From NCBI GenBank assembly GCA_024704765.1, contig JAKMXF010000199.1, positions 493,074-557,073 of the forward strand: a stretch of 64,000 nt of DNA. The letters are read 5' to 3'. The DNA is from Oopsacas minuta. Lineage: Eukaryota; Animalia; Porifera. Under the pieces are notes generated by a model. It searched no databases and was not told the DNA's origin. It was given only the letters and a program-made list of their open reading frames with translations. Positions 25,600-37,859 of this stretch are shown here, piece after piece (position 1 is the stretch's first letter; each line of letters opens with the position of its first letter). Both the position numbers and the translations under genes were made by a program.

Positions 25600-27100
25600 G
25601 TACTCTAATCTATTCATGGTCACCCGAATCAACTAGATAATGTTATTAAGCGAAATTGATAGTACATAATTCTGAATCGCCAAGTTTGTCATAAGTGTTT
25701 TGGAAGTTGTAAGGGATATATCATAAAATACACAGCAAAGCCATTCTCAATGCCCCTCCTAAGTCACCGACTTGAAATAAGGAGGAAATTATTTACTTTT
25801 AGCATCCAGTAGAGTTATGAACTAATAAAAAATCAAGTTGCAAAAAGTTGACAAGTACGTACTGCAAAAAATAATATGGGAGTTGAATTGTGGAACATAT
25901 GTACATTTAGCGTGAAGATTCAATTAAGTACATTACAACAAAATTTCGTGAATATTCATTTTGTCTGACCAAATAATTAGGATTCTAAATATGATACATG
26001 TGGTGAACTAATAAGTTGAATTGGCATTTTGGGCCATGGATTATATCCATAACATATATTTTGCTGTTGATGAATAGAAAATGTCCAATAATGTAATTGT
26101 ACAATGGACTCTGTATATAAATATTCATGTATTTGGGAGACAACACCTAGGGGCAAACAAAACTACTCATTCCGAAAAGTATGACCTCTGAATGATTTTT
26201 CATATATGCTACATTGCCAGTCCTTAAGGAAACTGTAAAACCCAAAATATCCTCATCACTCCGTTTTAGATGTTTCCCATTACCGTACTGAAATCTCAAT
26301 ATCAAATGAATTACAGTACAAAATGAATCGAAGTGGGCATGCTATTAATTGACTATTTATAGAGTAAATTCTCTCAAGGAACAACAAGTTCGTGCCATTC
26401 TCTGAGTAGATTTGATAATGGGACAAATTCTTGTTTGAATGTCCCAAGATCTATGCAAACAATCAGTGAAAAGTTAGCGCCGCAGTATCAAATTGTTACC
26501 TCAATAATTATGTTAATATTCATTGCTTCAATGGTGCAACAAATAGTAAGTTACTCGCGATATGGTTATGGACCTTTTTACGAAAATATCTACAGATCCC
26601 ACATTCAGAATTATGAGTTAGTTGCGTGCACAAATACACGAATAACACACATTATTCCTGAAGTGAGGGTATAATTGGATACAGAATTTATCACATTTAG
26701 ATCAGTTCTCAATAATTTTCTCCCACATATATATATTTTGCGAGCCTAGCAAGGAAATAAGCATTAGAACTGCAAAGTAATATTTGGGTTATAATTTAAT
26801 TGGTAGAACAATGATCCTACTCAAGATTGAAACAATAGTATGCATCATGCATAGCACTAAGGCACTGGCACTGTATGTACCATGGACGGGTTGATGCCGT
26901 TCAATGTAGATTTTGTAAAATTGTCCTTAGCATAAAACATATATCATTCAAATAGGCAAAAATGGTAGGTTCAGAATACGTTCTTGATTATGTTTACCTA
27001 AGATTACCCAATCTAAGCGCCTATACTAAAATTTGAGAATATAGTTACTTATTATTGACAATTCTATGGTAAAATTACAAACTAATCAGTAGTGTGACAA
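25600..27100 (-). pseudogene. Possible very old non-LTR (LINE) reverse-transcriptase remnant
   Basis: The minus strand near 26900-26990 reads QERIL..PFL/YLNDI../YAKD, loosely like QGSILGPLLFLIYINDI...YADD. Heavily eroded; boundaries are guesses. Confidence 0.25.
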
Positions 27101-28500
27101 TCACTAAAACAACATTCTAATACTAACAAAAAGCAATACACATCTAGTATCGTTAATGGGTAAAGAGGTTAGTTAGTAGTTAGAATACATCGTACAGATG
27201 TGCGATGTATTCTAACTCACATATACGTAATATCCTTAGTGAAGGTAAGTGCACACGAGGATATAGTACAAGTATACACTTCTAGCATAGAATCTTGATT
27301 GTACTGAGGTAAATAGTGTAAGGAAATAAGTGAGGGTCTTTGGAGCCTCATCAGGTCTATAAAAGATTAGTGCGAATTAATTAATTAATTTTTTAAGCTT
27401 TGTATCGTTAAACTTCGGGACTGATACATTAAAATTCTTAACTCTCCTTGATAGAATACAATTTGAAACAGTCATTACAAATTTATGTAATTATTCCATC
27501 GCCACTGTTTACAATTACATAATTCCCTCTACTTCCAATATAGTTTCTCTTCAATTGTTAACATACTTATTCGCAAAAATAATCTACGGTATGGGCAAGT
27601 ACAAAAGTTTTTATATAGAATTTCTGCGGTGTTTAGCTATATAAAGTCTCGTAAATAATATTCACATAATCAATCACAGTAAATGTTGGAAACATAAATG
27701 AACCTCCCTGAAATATATCAATAAAATGAGAACCAACATCATTTAAAGTTCCATTTGTTATCAGTTGTTAAGAAACTGTAACAATTGGTGCACTTATTAG
27801 TTATTTCATAAAGGAATACACAGCATAACCAAAAATATAAGTAAGGAATTCAAGTTGCGATGGACTTATCTGAATATCAGGAATAATCGTAATGTTTCCA
27901 AAAATATTGTAATTGTTCAGAATTTGACTCTTGATCACTAACATTTTGACAAACGTATTTGTTTAAATTTTCAATGAAATTAGACGCTCTACGGATGATA
28001 ATTGTAATGAAAAAAACTTTGGAATATTTTATAATCGGAGTCTTCTTTCGCTCTCTATTTTTTGAGTATAAATAATATGGTAGTTGCTGCCAGACATGTG
28101 TATATAGAATCCGAATTGGTGTTCTAAGGGCCATTTTGAATTCTAGCAGTTGACTAGTATTGGAAATTGCATTCACATGTGAGTCGATTGACTATCAATG
28201 GCAATGCTATACAAGTATGCTAAAGCTCGTAAACGTTTACGGTGTGAAATTTTCCATATTTACCAAGTAGAGTATTCCAGCAGTTTAATCAATGTGCTAC
28301 TTGGCCAATAAACTCTATTATGTGAATCGTTTGAGCACAATGGAGTAGAGTAATCAGTATTGAAGTAAATGTTTTTCCCAACAAGTAAAACATTAAAAAC
28401 ATTCCAAATACTACTTATTAAGTTTATAAACTTAACGGTTGGATTATCCTCTCTGATTTCATTATCAATAAAGAATGCTTTCGGTCTACAATGTGTAGAT

Positions 28501-29292
28501 CAGTGGCGTAACCAGCTTTTACATTCTGGGGGACCAATTTAGTTCCAAATTTTACTATACTCACTAGTTAGTCGCCATTGTACATTGGTTACGATGAATT
28601 TTAGTATTAGATGTAATATTTAATTAGTTATTGACCTTAATTCAATTGGAATCAGATCAGTGTTGTATATAAGCAATGCGTTTAACAAAGAGTTTCGTTT
28701 GTTGACGATTATACAGTGGTAATTGTCTGATTCTTCTTTTTATAACCACTAGGGTAGTTTATATTTGCTAAGATTTCCTAATATCCTATATTAGATCACT
28801 ATATTGTATTTTACATTATTGAAAATGTCTAAGCGGCCAGGAAAAATTCACGCCTTCTTTCTTCCTAAGCAACCCAGATTTGAGGATTTATTGTCAACAG
28901 CAAGTGAGTCTAACTCTGAAGAGTCCAACTATCCGAAATAAAGGAGACTATCTTTCCCAACCTGATGAATTACATGTGACCCGTTGGATTCTTTTCAAAC
29001 AGATCCTGGAATTTTTCATTCGAAATTTGATATAGGCCTTTACGTATCTGGAAAGAAGCAATTCAAGTGCTCAGGCGACATCATACATGGATCATACAGG
29101 CCAAGGCGATAAGTCGAGAAGTGGAACCTGTTCTTCCTGCTTTTTGAATAAAAATATGGAATTAATTCAATGTGATTGAAGTTTATCTGAAATTCACGTA
29201 TACAAAATTTGAATTATAGTTTGGGGGCACCCTCTGGACATTGGGTTCTGGTTCAATGAACCGTCTGAACCCCACCTATTGTTATCCCCCTA
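28501..29292 (+). mobile_element. Internally deleted hAT relic
   Basis: Left end CAGTGGCGTAACCAG; short hAT-like N-terminus MSKRPGKIHAFFLPK at 28826; typical 3' subterminal GGGGGCACC..GGTTCAATGAACC..GAACC. Right TIR eroded and no TSD. Confidence 0.5.
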
Positions 29293-29605
29293 CGTACCAT
29301 AAAATTACTGATATTGAGGTGATGGAAATTTGTCTGGCGATGTATTAGGAGCGTGCTTCCAAGAACCTCTGTAACTTTATGCTACAACTTTGACAGTTAA
29401 GTGTTAAATTTATTCCTCAATACCCAAATTTTCCACAATTAAGCTGTTTCATTGATACTAAGTAGGATATATTTTATTTCAATACAAATACAAGGGACAC
29501 TCAATAAGTTTTGAGCCTGACTATGTTGCGAGCTCTCATATAAGTAACCATTACTTCTTTCGAATATATCTGATGAGGTAAATGTACTCCGCTGAAAATC
29601 TTGTA

Positions 29606-31682
29606 CAGTCAAACCTCCAATAGTGAACACCTCTCATTAGTGAACACCTCCAAATAGTGAACACTATATTCTGGTCCCAAATATTTCCCTATCAAATAAT
29701 ATTTATAAGAACCTCTCTTTAATGAACACCTCTATACTGTGAATAGTGAACACCTTATTTGAACATTTTATAAGTATCTCAATTAGAATGAACCTCCAAT
29801 TAGTGAACATGGGTCAGGTTTCTGAATACAAAATAAACAGTGTTATATGAAAAGCGTGAAAAGATAATGTCACATATGCATATAATACTAATAAGTTATC
29901 AATTGCCAACGTATAACGTACTAATACGTAGTTTAGAATTACTCTACCAACTCAGGTTATTTAAGCCATCTATCCGTGATGTCACTAAAAAGGAAAAATC
30001 TTACAATATCCGAAAAGCTCAATGTAATAGAATTTGCCTCAACGCACAGCCAGCGTGATGTAGCTGATCGATTTGGTATATCTGTGGGAGCCGTAAATAA
30101 CATTCTTAAGAAGAAACAGGAAATCCAAATGGCTTGCGAAGAAAACTGTAACCCACAAATGAAGCGAGTTAGATTGTCTAGTCATTGTGAAGTTAATGAT
30201 CTTATTTGGCAGTGGTTTGTAACAGCTAGATCAAAGAATATACCAATTTCAGGACCTATCTTACAAGCAAAGGGTATAGATTTTGCCGAACAACTAGGTA
30301 TACCATTCAAAGCCTCTAATGGCTGGTTGGAAAAGTTCAGGTCAAGGTACAATATAGCATTCAAGACACTATGCGGTGAAAGTGCCAGTGTTGATCCGGG
30401 GACTGTTGATACATGGAAGCAACAATTACATACGATAATAGGTGGTTACAGCCCTGAAGATATTTTCAATTGTGATGAAACAGGTCTCTACTATAAGGTT
30501 TTGCCAACTAAGTCTCTTGTAGAGAAAAACAAAATTTGCAACGGAACAAAGACGTCAAAGGATAGGTTGACAATTCTTTTGTGTGCGAATATGTCGGGTA
30601 CGGAAAAATTGAAACTATTGATGATAGGGAAAAGTCAGAATCCTAGGTGCTTCAAACACATGGACTTTAGTCAAATGCCGGTGCAATGGAAAGCAAACAA
30701 AAAGGCTTGGATGGATAGTAGTATATTTGGAGAATGGTTGAAGGATATCAACAATAAAATGAAGCGACAAAAGAGAAAGATTCTTGTATTCATTGATAAT
30801 GCTACAAGTCATCCTCATTCAGTATTTAGTAATATTGAGTTAAAGTTTTTTCCTGCAAATTGTACATCCCAATTACAGCCAATGGATCAAGGAATTATAC
30901 AGTCTATGAAACTTTCTTATAGGAAGATCCTCTTAATGGATGTACTAAGCAGAGTTGAATCTTGTGATTCTGGGCAAGGACTAATTAAATCGATCACAGT
31001 TAAGCATGCGTTGCATTGGGCAGCCCAAGCTTGGGAAAATGTCAAATCTGAAACTATTCAGAAATGTTTCGCAAATGCTGGATTTGGTTTCTATGAACAC
31101 GCAAATCTTGACCATGAAGAAAATATCCAAAATATGATTGATGATTTGTCTTCCAGTCTTGGAATCGAATGTTGTTCAGGAATTAACTTCATGAATATCG
31201 ATGAAGAGGAACAATTACTGCATGCATATACTGATGATGATTGGGAAACACAGCTAATAGAAAATTATTTATCACCAGCAGACAATGAAACATTAGAATT
31301 GGATGAAGAAAGCGACTCAGATATTCCAATCTCAAAAGCTCCAACAGTAAAAGAAGTACTGTATTCATTGGATGTAATAAAGACATTCAGCAATAACGAC
31401 AGTAAGGTGTTTGGAGCTGTAATGAAAGCTGAATCAGCAATCAAAGAGCTAATGTCAGAAGGAACATGTCAAAGGCAGTCAAAACTTACTGATTATTTGG
31501 AGAAAATTAATTAATAGCTAAAAACACATTAACATTGCATACTTAAATCATAATACATTTCATATAGCTTATCAAAATTTCATTGTTATACTATTTCAAT
31601 GTAACCTCTCATTAATGAACACCTCGCTATAATGAACAAAAAAATCGGTCCCGAAGGTGTTCACTATGGAGAGGTTTGACTG
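29606..31682 (+). mobile_element. Intact pogo/Tigger transposon, copy B (2077 bp), inverted copy of 13421-15497
   Basis: Same TIRs and TA flanks. All ORF coordinates mirror copy A (sums equal 45103) and the translations are identical. Confidence 0.97.
29976..31514 (+). CDS. pogo/Tigger transposase, 512 aa (DD29D)
   Basis: Translation identical to 13589-15127. Confidence 0.95.
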   Translation: MMSLKRKNLTISEKLNVIEFASTHSQRDVADRFGISVGAVNNILKKKQEIQMACEENCNPQMKRVRLSSHCEVNDLIWQWFVTARSKNIPISGPILQAKGIDFAEQLGIPFKASNGWLEKFRSRYNIAFKTLCGESASVDPGTVDTWKQQLHTIIGGYSPEDIFNCDETGLYYKVLPTKSLVEKNKICNGTKTSKDRLTILLCANMSGTEKLKLLMIGKSQNPRCFKHMDFSQMPVQWKANKKAWMDSSIFGEWLKDINNKMKRQKRKILVFIDNATSHPHSVFSNIELKFFPANCTSQLQPMDQGIIQSMKLSYRKILLMDVLSRVESCDSGQGLIKSITVKHALHWAAQAWENVKSETIQKCFANAGFGFYEHANLDHEENIQNMIDDLSSSLGIECCSGINFMNIDEEEQLLHAYTDDDWETQLIENYLSPADNETLELDEESDSDIPISKAPTVKEVLYSLDVIKTFSNNDSKVFGAVMKAESAIKELMSEGTCQRQSKLTDYLEKIN

Positions 31683-32229
31683 TAACTTAATTTTGTATAC
31701 TTTTCAGATAGTAGTAGTTTTATTATCTATGGATTCCTTAGTTGCCAAATCCTCAATAGTTATCAACGCGTCATATTCGTGCGATAATACTTTTTCAGTT
31801 CCAACTTTTGAAAACAATAAAAGAATTTCACGGAAATTTCTGTACAGCCTTTCCAAATAACAAGGTATCTGCGGCAACAGTGAAAAGATGGTACAGAGAA
31901 TATAATTGTGCGAATTTTCTTCTTGAAGACCAACCCCGCCCTGGAAAGCCCCCATACGCTGTTTCAGAGGGAAATGTTGAGTCAATTAAGGACATGGTGA
32001 AAGCAGACCCAAATGTTACATATGAGAGGATTCAACACGAAATTGGCATTTCATCTGGGGCAGTGCACACCGTTTTACACCAATCCCCTCAGCTGCATAA
32101 ACTTTGTGCCCGCTGGATCCCACATCAGCTTCATCCTTAGCAGAAGCAGATTCGAGTGAAATGGTGCCATAAAATGCTTAAAAATTTCAACAATGGCAAC
32201 AGTAGAGATATTACCAAGATAATAACTGG

Positions 32230-35200
32230 CAGTGGCGGATCTAGGGGGATCCCAGGATGCCATGGATCCCCCCTTCCAGTCCTGTGGTTAGATTCCATGT
32301 CCAGCTAGCCTGCTAGCTAGATAATTGTCTAGTGTTATAGGTTAAGCTACTAGCAAAGATTTTGTTCCTTGTTGATGCGCATCCATTGTATCAATCGCCA
32401 GAGGAGCTCTTTTTGAAGTCGCAAAAGCCTCAAGGTATCAAGCTTGGTATTTAGTTTTTAGCTAGCAATTAAATGTTGCCAGGGATAGGATTTTCATTAG
32501 GGGGAAAATCCCATTCCTTGGTCCACGTGCTGTCGTAATTACTAGCCAGATTAGAGGTTTACTGTGTCAATCATCACCATGAGCATGGACAAGAAAAAGA
32601 ATCCCTCTGGGACATCCTCTATTACAAGTCTTTTTTTGCTAAGAAGAGTAGACATGGTAAGTCAACATCTACAAACTTATGGATATTTTAATCAACTTAG
32701 TTACTAGCATAATGACATAAACTGCTACAAGTGTAACTGTTTCCAACCAGTGAAACCATATAATTAATAATAGCACACTTAATACCATAGGTGATAACAC
32801 ACAGAGAGAAGATACAGAGGATACAGCTTCCATGCACACTGACAGTGATGGTGAAAGTGTGGGTGATAGCAGTGGGAGTGATGTTAGAAGTGAGGGCGAA
32901 GTTGATAGTCTTGTTGAGTGTGATATTGGTAAACTCCAAGATTCACATATCGTCCTGCAACAGCTCTCAAGAGATCAGAAACATCGAATTTTAACGACTG
33001 AACCAAATAGCGATCCTTCATCCTACCCTCGTACCCGCCCATATCTATCTAGCTCACTTAGACAATTGCAGCCATCATGGATGAAGCAGCACCCCTGGTT
33101 GTACTACAGCCAGTTTTGGATGGTGCTTTCTGCCTTGTTTGCTCCAAGCAATGCTGGTGATCAGGATTTAGGACAGTTTGTAACTTCACCTTTGAAGTGC
33201 TGGACAAAGATAGCCACGAAAGCAATCACACATGCTAGCAAGGAGTATCATCGCAGTACAATGACCAGAATGAGGGAGTTCTTGGCCCTGTACGAGGATC
33301 CATCTCAGAGTGTTGGCACTATATTGGACACCCAGGCACAGAGAGTAATGGATAACAACCAGAAGGTGATTAAGTCTCTGTTTAAGATAGTCATTCTCTG
33401 TGGGAAACAAGGCTTGGCTATGCGCGGTGACCGAGATGACAGAGTTTTATGTTAGGAGGAGGACGAAGGCTCAAATGAAGGTAACTTTGTCCAATTAGTC
33501 CGTTTTCGCACTGTGACAGACAAAGTTCTGGCTGATCATCTTGCCAAGGGTCCGAAGAATACTCGCTACACATCTAAAACCATTCAGAATGAGCTGGTAG
33601 GAGTTGTAGGTGACAAGATTTGTAGTGACATCATCGAAGAAGTCAAGGATGCCAAGTTCTATTCCTTCATAGCGGATGAGGGGACTGACGCATCCAACAA
33701 GGAAGAGCTGTCCCTTGTTATTCGATATGTCCATGAGGGTCAGATCAGAGGAGTGTTCATGGATTTTGTCGTGGTTGAGCGTATCACAGGACGGGTATTC
33801 GATGAGGCCTTTCTGAAATGGCTCAGAGATAACAATATCTCCTCAGCAGATATGCGTGGCCAGTGCTATGATGGTGCGTCAAACATGGCTGGAGCCAGAT
33901 TAGGGGTGAGGTCAGTTGTACAAGCAGTTGCTCCTAAGGTTATGTACTTTCATTGTGCGGCTCATCGCTTAAACCTCGCCGTGGTCTCCGCATGGAGCAT
34001 TCAGGAATTTAAAAATGCAGAATCCTATGTTAGTGACATATCGATGTTTTTCAGCTTCTCAGCCAAGAGAGAACGATTGTTAGACAAAGCAATTGAAGCC
34101 TCCAATCACACTTCCAAAGCTAGGAACCTGAAGGATTCCTGCAGAACGCGATGGGTGGAGCGAATTGATTCGTATGCTGTTTTTTGAGAGCTGCTTCCAG
34201 CTCTCCACACGTGTCTCCAAGCCATGGTCGATCGCAATTCACACACAGAGCTAGGTACAGATTGGAGCTGGAATGGGGAAACCATCACTAAAGCAAACGG
34301 CTTTCTCTTTCAGCTTCAATCCTCCACAATCCTGATCTCTTTCCAGATTCTGATGCAGTTTTTTCAGGTCCATAGTGAGTTAACGATCAAGCTCTAGATG
34401 AAAGCTGTTGACGTGGTATATGCCTACAAACTAGTGAGGGAGTTGTATCAACTTTAGAGTCCATGAGGAGCAGGTCAACTACCGAATTCCAGAAACAGTT
34501 TACTGAGGCTACAAAAATTAGTAAACTGCTCTTCGGAAATGAGTTCCAGCTAACCACACCAAGGCTCACTTGTGGTCAAGCACACCGTAGTAATCCCCCA
34601 TCAGCAACACCAGAGGAGTATTACAGAATTTCCCTCTACAACGAGTTCTTGTCTCACTTGTTAGCCGAGCTTGAGGTGAGGTTTGCCAAAATCCTTCACA
34701 GGACATTGTGACTGGTTTGTCCTATCTTGTCCCCGGTGAGTGTGTTCAGCTAGATGAAGACAGTGACGTTCCAGAAGAGCTGACTAAAGCGGTTAAGCTT
34801 TTTGAAGGTGATCTCCCGCATGCTGGGATGTTCCGTATAGATACTGCTCCTGGGTGAGAGAATGGAAGGAATGCTCAACACCAGTACCAGTGTCATTGGA
34901 AGATGCTCTACAGAAATGTAGCACTATCTCTTACCCAAACTTGACGGTTCTCCTGAAGATAGCACTGACGTTGCCAATAACATCTTGTGAGAGCGAGAGA
35001 AGTTTCAGTCAGTTAAAGCTCATCAAGACTTGCAAGGAGAGCCACCATGATTGAGTCAGGGCTGAATTCATTAGCCTTGATGAAGATCAACAGAGATCGT
35101 AGCAACAAGATCTCATCTGTGGAACACATTAAAGAACTAGTTGAAACATTTACTCAACTCCATCCTCGAAGAATGAAGCTTCCATTCATACTAGAGGACT

Positions 35201-35511
35201 AACATTAACTGAAACTTATTCAATAATTATTATCATGTATTTCTTTAATGCTAGCTGATAGCCTTACCTGAGAATAACATTGTGATTCACAACTACTCAT
35301 GTCAATCCATCTCATATTAGATTCAAGGATGGCTGTTAGCTTCTTGTTGTATATATATACGTATACTCGTAACTGTCCTGACCTCTTGTGCGACCTTTCC
35401 TAATTAAGGGTCATCACGTGACCAGAAAAGAGCGTGGCCCCCCTAAAAGTCCGGCGCGCTCTGCGCGCCATAGTTTGAACCCCCCTTTTGAATTGTCTAG
35501 ATCCGCCACTG
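32230..35511 (+). mobile_element. hAT transposon (THAP12/P52rIPK-like transposase) with a 5-bp TSD, pseudogenised
   Basis: Perfect TIRs CAGTGGCGGATCTAG and CTAGATCCGCCACTG; flanks ACTGG|...|ACTGG. LCGKQGLAMRG, FIADEGTD, QCYDGASNM, HCAAHRLNL, TRW, SCESERSFSQLKL, HPRRMKLPFILED* (ends 35202). Probable 5' intron at ~32657-32790. Confidence 0.93.
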
Positions 35512-37617
35512 ACTGGTGATGAAACATGGATCTGTCACTATGATCCAGAAACAAAGCAGCAGATCCATCAATAGTGTGAAATTGGAGAAGGTCCCCAACA
35601 AAGGTTTGTAGAACTCGGTACACCAAGGAACAAATCTATCTTATTTTTTTAATAAAATGGGTGCTAAAATTGTTATACCTCTTGAGCCTGGTAAGACAAT
35701 TAATTCAACCTGGTATACAGAGAGTTGTTTGCCTCTAGTCATAAAAGCAATAAATTTACAGGGTCCTGGAAGAGGGTTAAGGGAACTTTTTTGCACCACG
35801 ATAATGCCAGTTCTCATACATCAAATATGACAAGACAATTCATTAAAGAATCAGGACTACATATTTTGCCCCCTGCGACTTCTGACACCCCCTAGAATAA
35901 CAAACTACCTTAAAGGCAGAATTTTTTCATCGAATTCTGAACTTGAGGGGCCCCTCAGAGAGTTGATCGGAGACATCAACGAAAACAAATATAAAGAATC
36001 TATTCAGGCTTTGTTTCAACGAATGAACAAGTGTCCTCAAGCTAAGGGATGCTATTTCGACTAATTATAGTAAAATATATATAGATTGATGCTTTTTGAT
36101 ACTTAGGCTCAAAACTTATTGAGTACCCCTCGTATGCAACACACAAACTAAACAGCAATACAGACAGGCACAGACGCAGAGAGACACAGACTGATCGAAT
36201 TTATTTTGGTGTCTGTTGGGCCTGCTTCGGCGCTGGCGCAGCTGTTGTTGCTGCCGAATCCTTCGACTGCACCCATTTTCGCACTAAATTGAAATTAAAA
36301 GTGAACGATTAATCTATATGGATTGTAATTCCAATTTGTACTTACCATTATTATATTTTGGTATGTCCTCAGCATTTAATGCAGAAATGCATGGCCTCCT
36401 CGCCGTCTGCGGCCACCTCTTCTGTGATCTTGATTATTACCTCGATTATCCATTTGTTAATAGTTACAAAGTTAAGTATTTATATCAGTGACGATCAAAG
36501 TATTGATATAGCGTGAAAGATGTAATTTATCAATTACCTATTAAGTTAATCACAATTTTGTCGCTCCTTGAGAGTGAAAATTTACACTTATCACCTTAAT
36601 CTCAAAAGGAACGCAAATATATAGTTCCATGTATACTTGAAATGTATCGTTGAAAGTAAATTATTTCATTAATTATATAATTCAGTAATTTAGGTTAATG
36701 TTACTGTAATGAATCGTTTGAGCCTTGATTAACATAAAATCTCCTACAAAATGTCTTTACTTTAGCTGATCTACATCGGATTTGTGCATCCAAACTCCCT
36801 TTGGAGAGTCAAGTTGAGAGAAAGATGTACTTTATAATTTTTCATCATTTATATTGCACTCTAAATATATAGATACCATAATAGTACACCCCAAATACCT
36901 ACACACAAATATTTTTGAGTTGTTTTAAGAATCTCACAAATTTGTTCTACCTGTAATGTATCTGTACTAACTGTTGTTCGAAATTGTCTATCCGTTCAAT
37001 TCGATATTTTTGTCTTGCTATCAAATCTGGGGATATTTTCCATACAGAAATATTCCTCAACACAGCTATTCAATCTAATTACCTGAAATTCACTTTCTTG
37101 TAATATTGAATTCTTCTGTCTTAGAAAATATTGTGTCATTGGGGGTATAATGAGAGGATTAAGGTGTGTTGAATAAGTCAGCATATGTAAGATTGAATTT
37201 GGATTGATATGAGTCTGTTCCCCAACGACACAGGAGGTTGTGATATGTGAAGTTGTGTTTATGTATGTTTGGTTTTTGTAATCATAACTCACAATTTATT
37301 CAGCGCTATACAGTTTCGACCTACTATGATGGAGTAGTATTAAGAGAAACTTAAAGCAGCTCGTGGGCGCGCCAGAATGAAAACATTCACAGCAGAAATG
37401 GGGTGCGCGCATGGTTCTCGCAGTACATATTGCGTGAATTTATGATTCTTAAGTCGGTCTGTGTTTTGTTATTGTATATTATGTTGTATTGCGCAATTAT
37501 GTCGTATGTTGTTTTGTGAGTGTAAAATGTATTCGTAGTATTATGTTTGTGCCGTTTGGTAAAAGTGTTAAAAAATTCCAAACGTAAGTATTTGCGCAAA
37601 ATATTAAAAGTATATAA

Positions 37618-37760
37618 CAGGGGTCCCCAACCTTTCTCAATCGAGGGCCACATTAGTTATATGAACTTGTTCGCGGACCGCAATTCAAATAATATTATAT
37701 TTCAACTGCAGATACATAAACATTTTTATTTTAACCCAGCTTTAAATCACCTGATTTTAA
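37618..37760 (+). mobile_element. Solo left end of a hAT-Charlie-type element
   Basis: CAGGGGTCCCCAACCTTT..GAGGGCCACA..GCGGACCGCA; no partner TIR found. Confidence 0.5.
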
Positions 37761-37859
37761 TTGACTATTTGAGGGATTGATAATACGGAGATTAACATCC
37801 GTTCTCAGGCTGAGATGGAGTCTACACTTGTATGGAACTTCGTCTTAGTATGCTCTGGT

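Larger units (their letters stand above)
29491..36132 (+). mobile_element. mariner transposon (about 1.28 kb net) carrying two nested insertions
   Basis: TIRs CAAGGGACACTCAATAAGTTTTGAGCCT and AGGCTCAAAACTTATTGAGTACCCCTCG, TA-flanked. TVKRWY, EDQPRPGKP, CARWIPHQL, IITG|DETWICHYDPETKQQ, LHHDNASSH. The YSPDLAP region is deleted. Confidence 0.92.

Noticed and set aside
26435-26674. Small membrane protein ORF
   Set aside because: The hydrophobic stretch is expected from AT-rich codons; there is no splice or promoter support, and it lies in a probable degenerate repeat.
13421-31682. Segmental inverted duplication or an already mobilised composite transposon
   Set aside because: Identity stops exactly at the TIRs, and each copy interrupts a different host element whose sequence is restored on removal.
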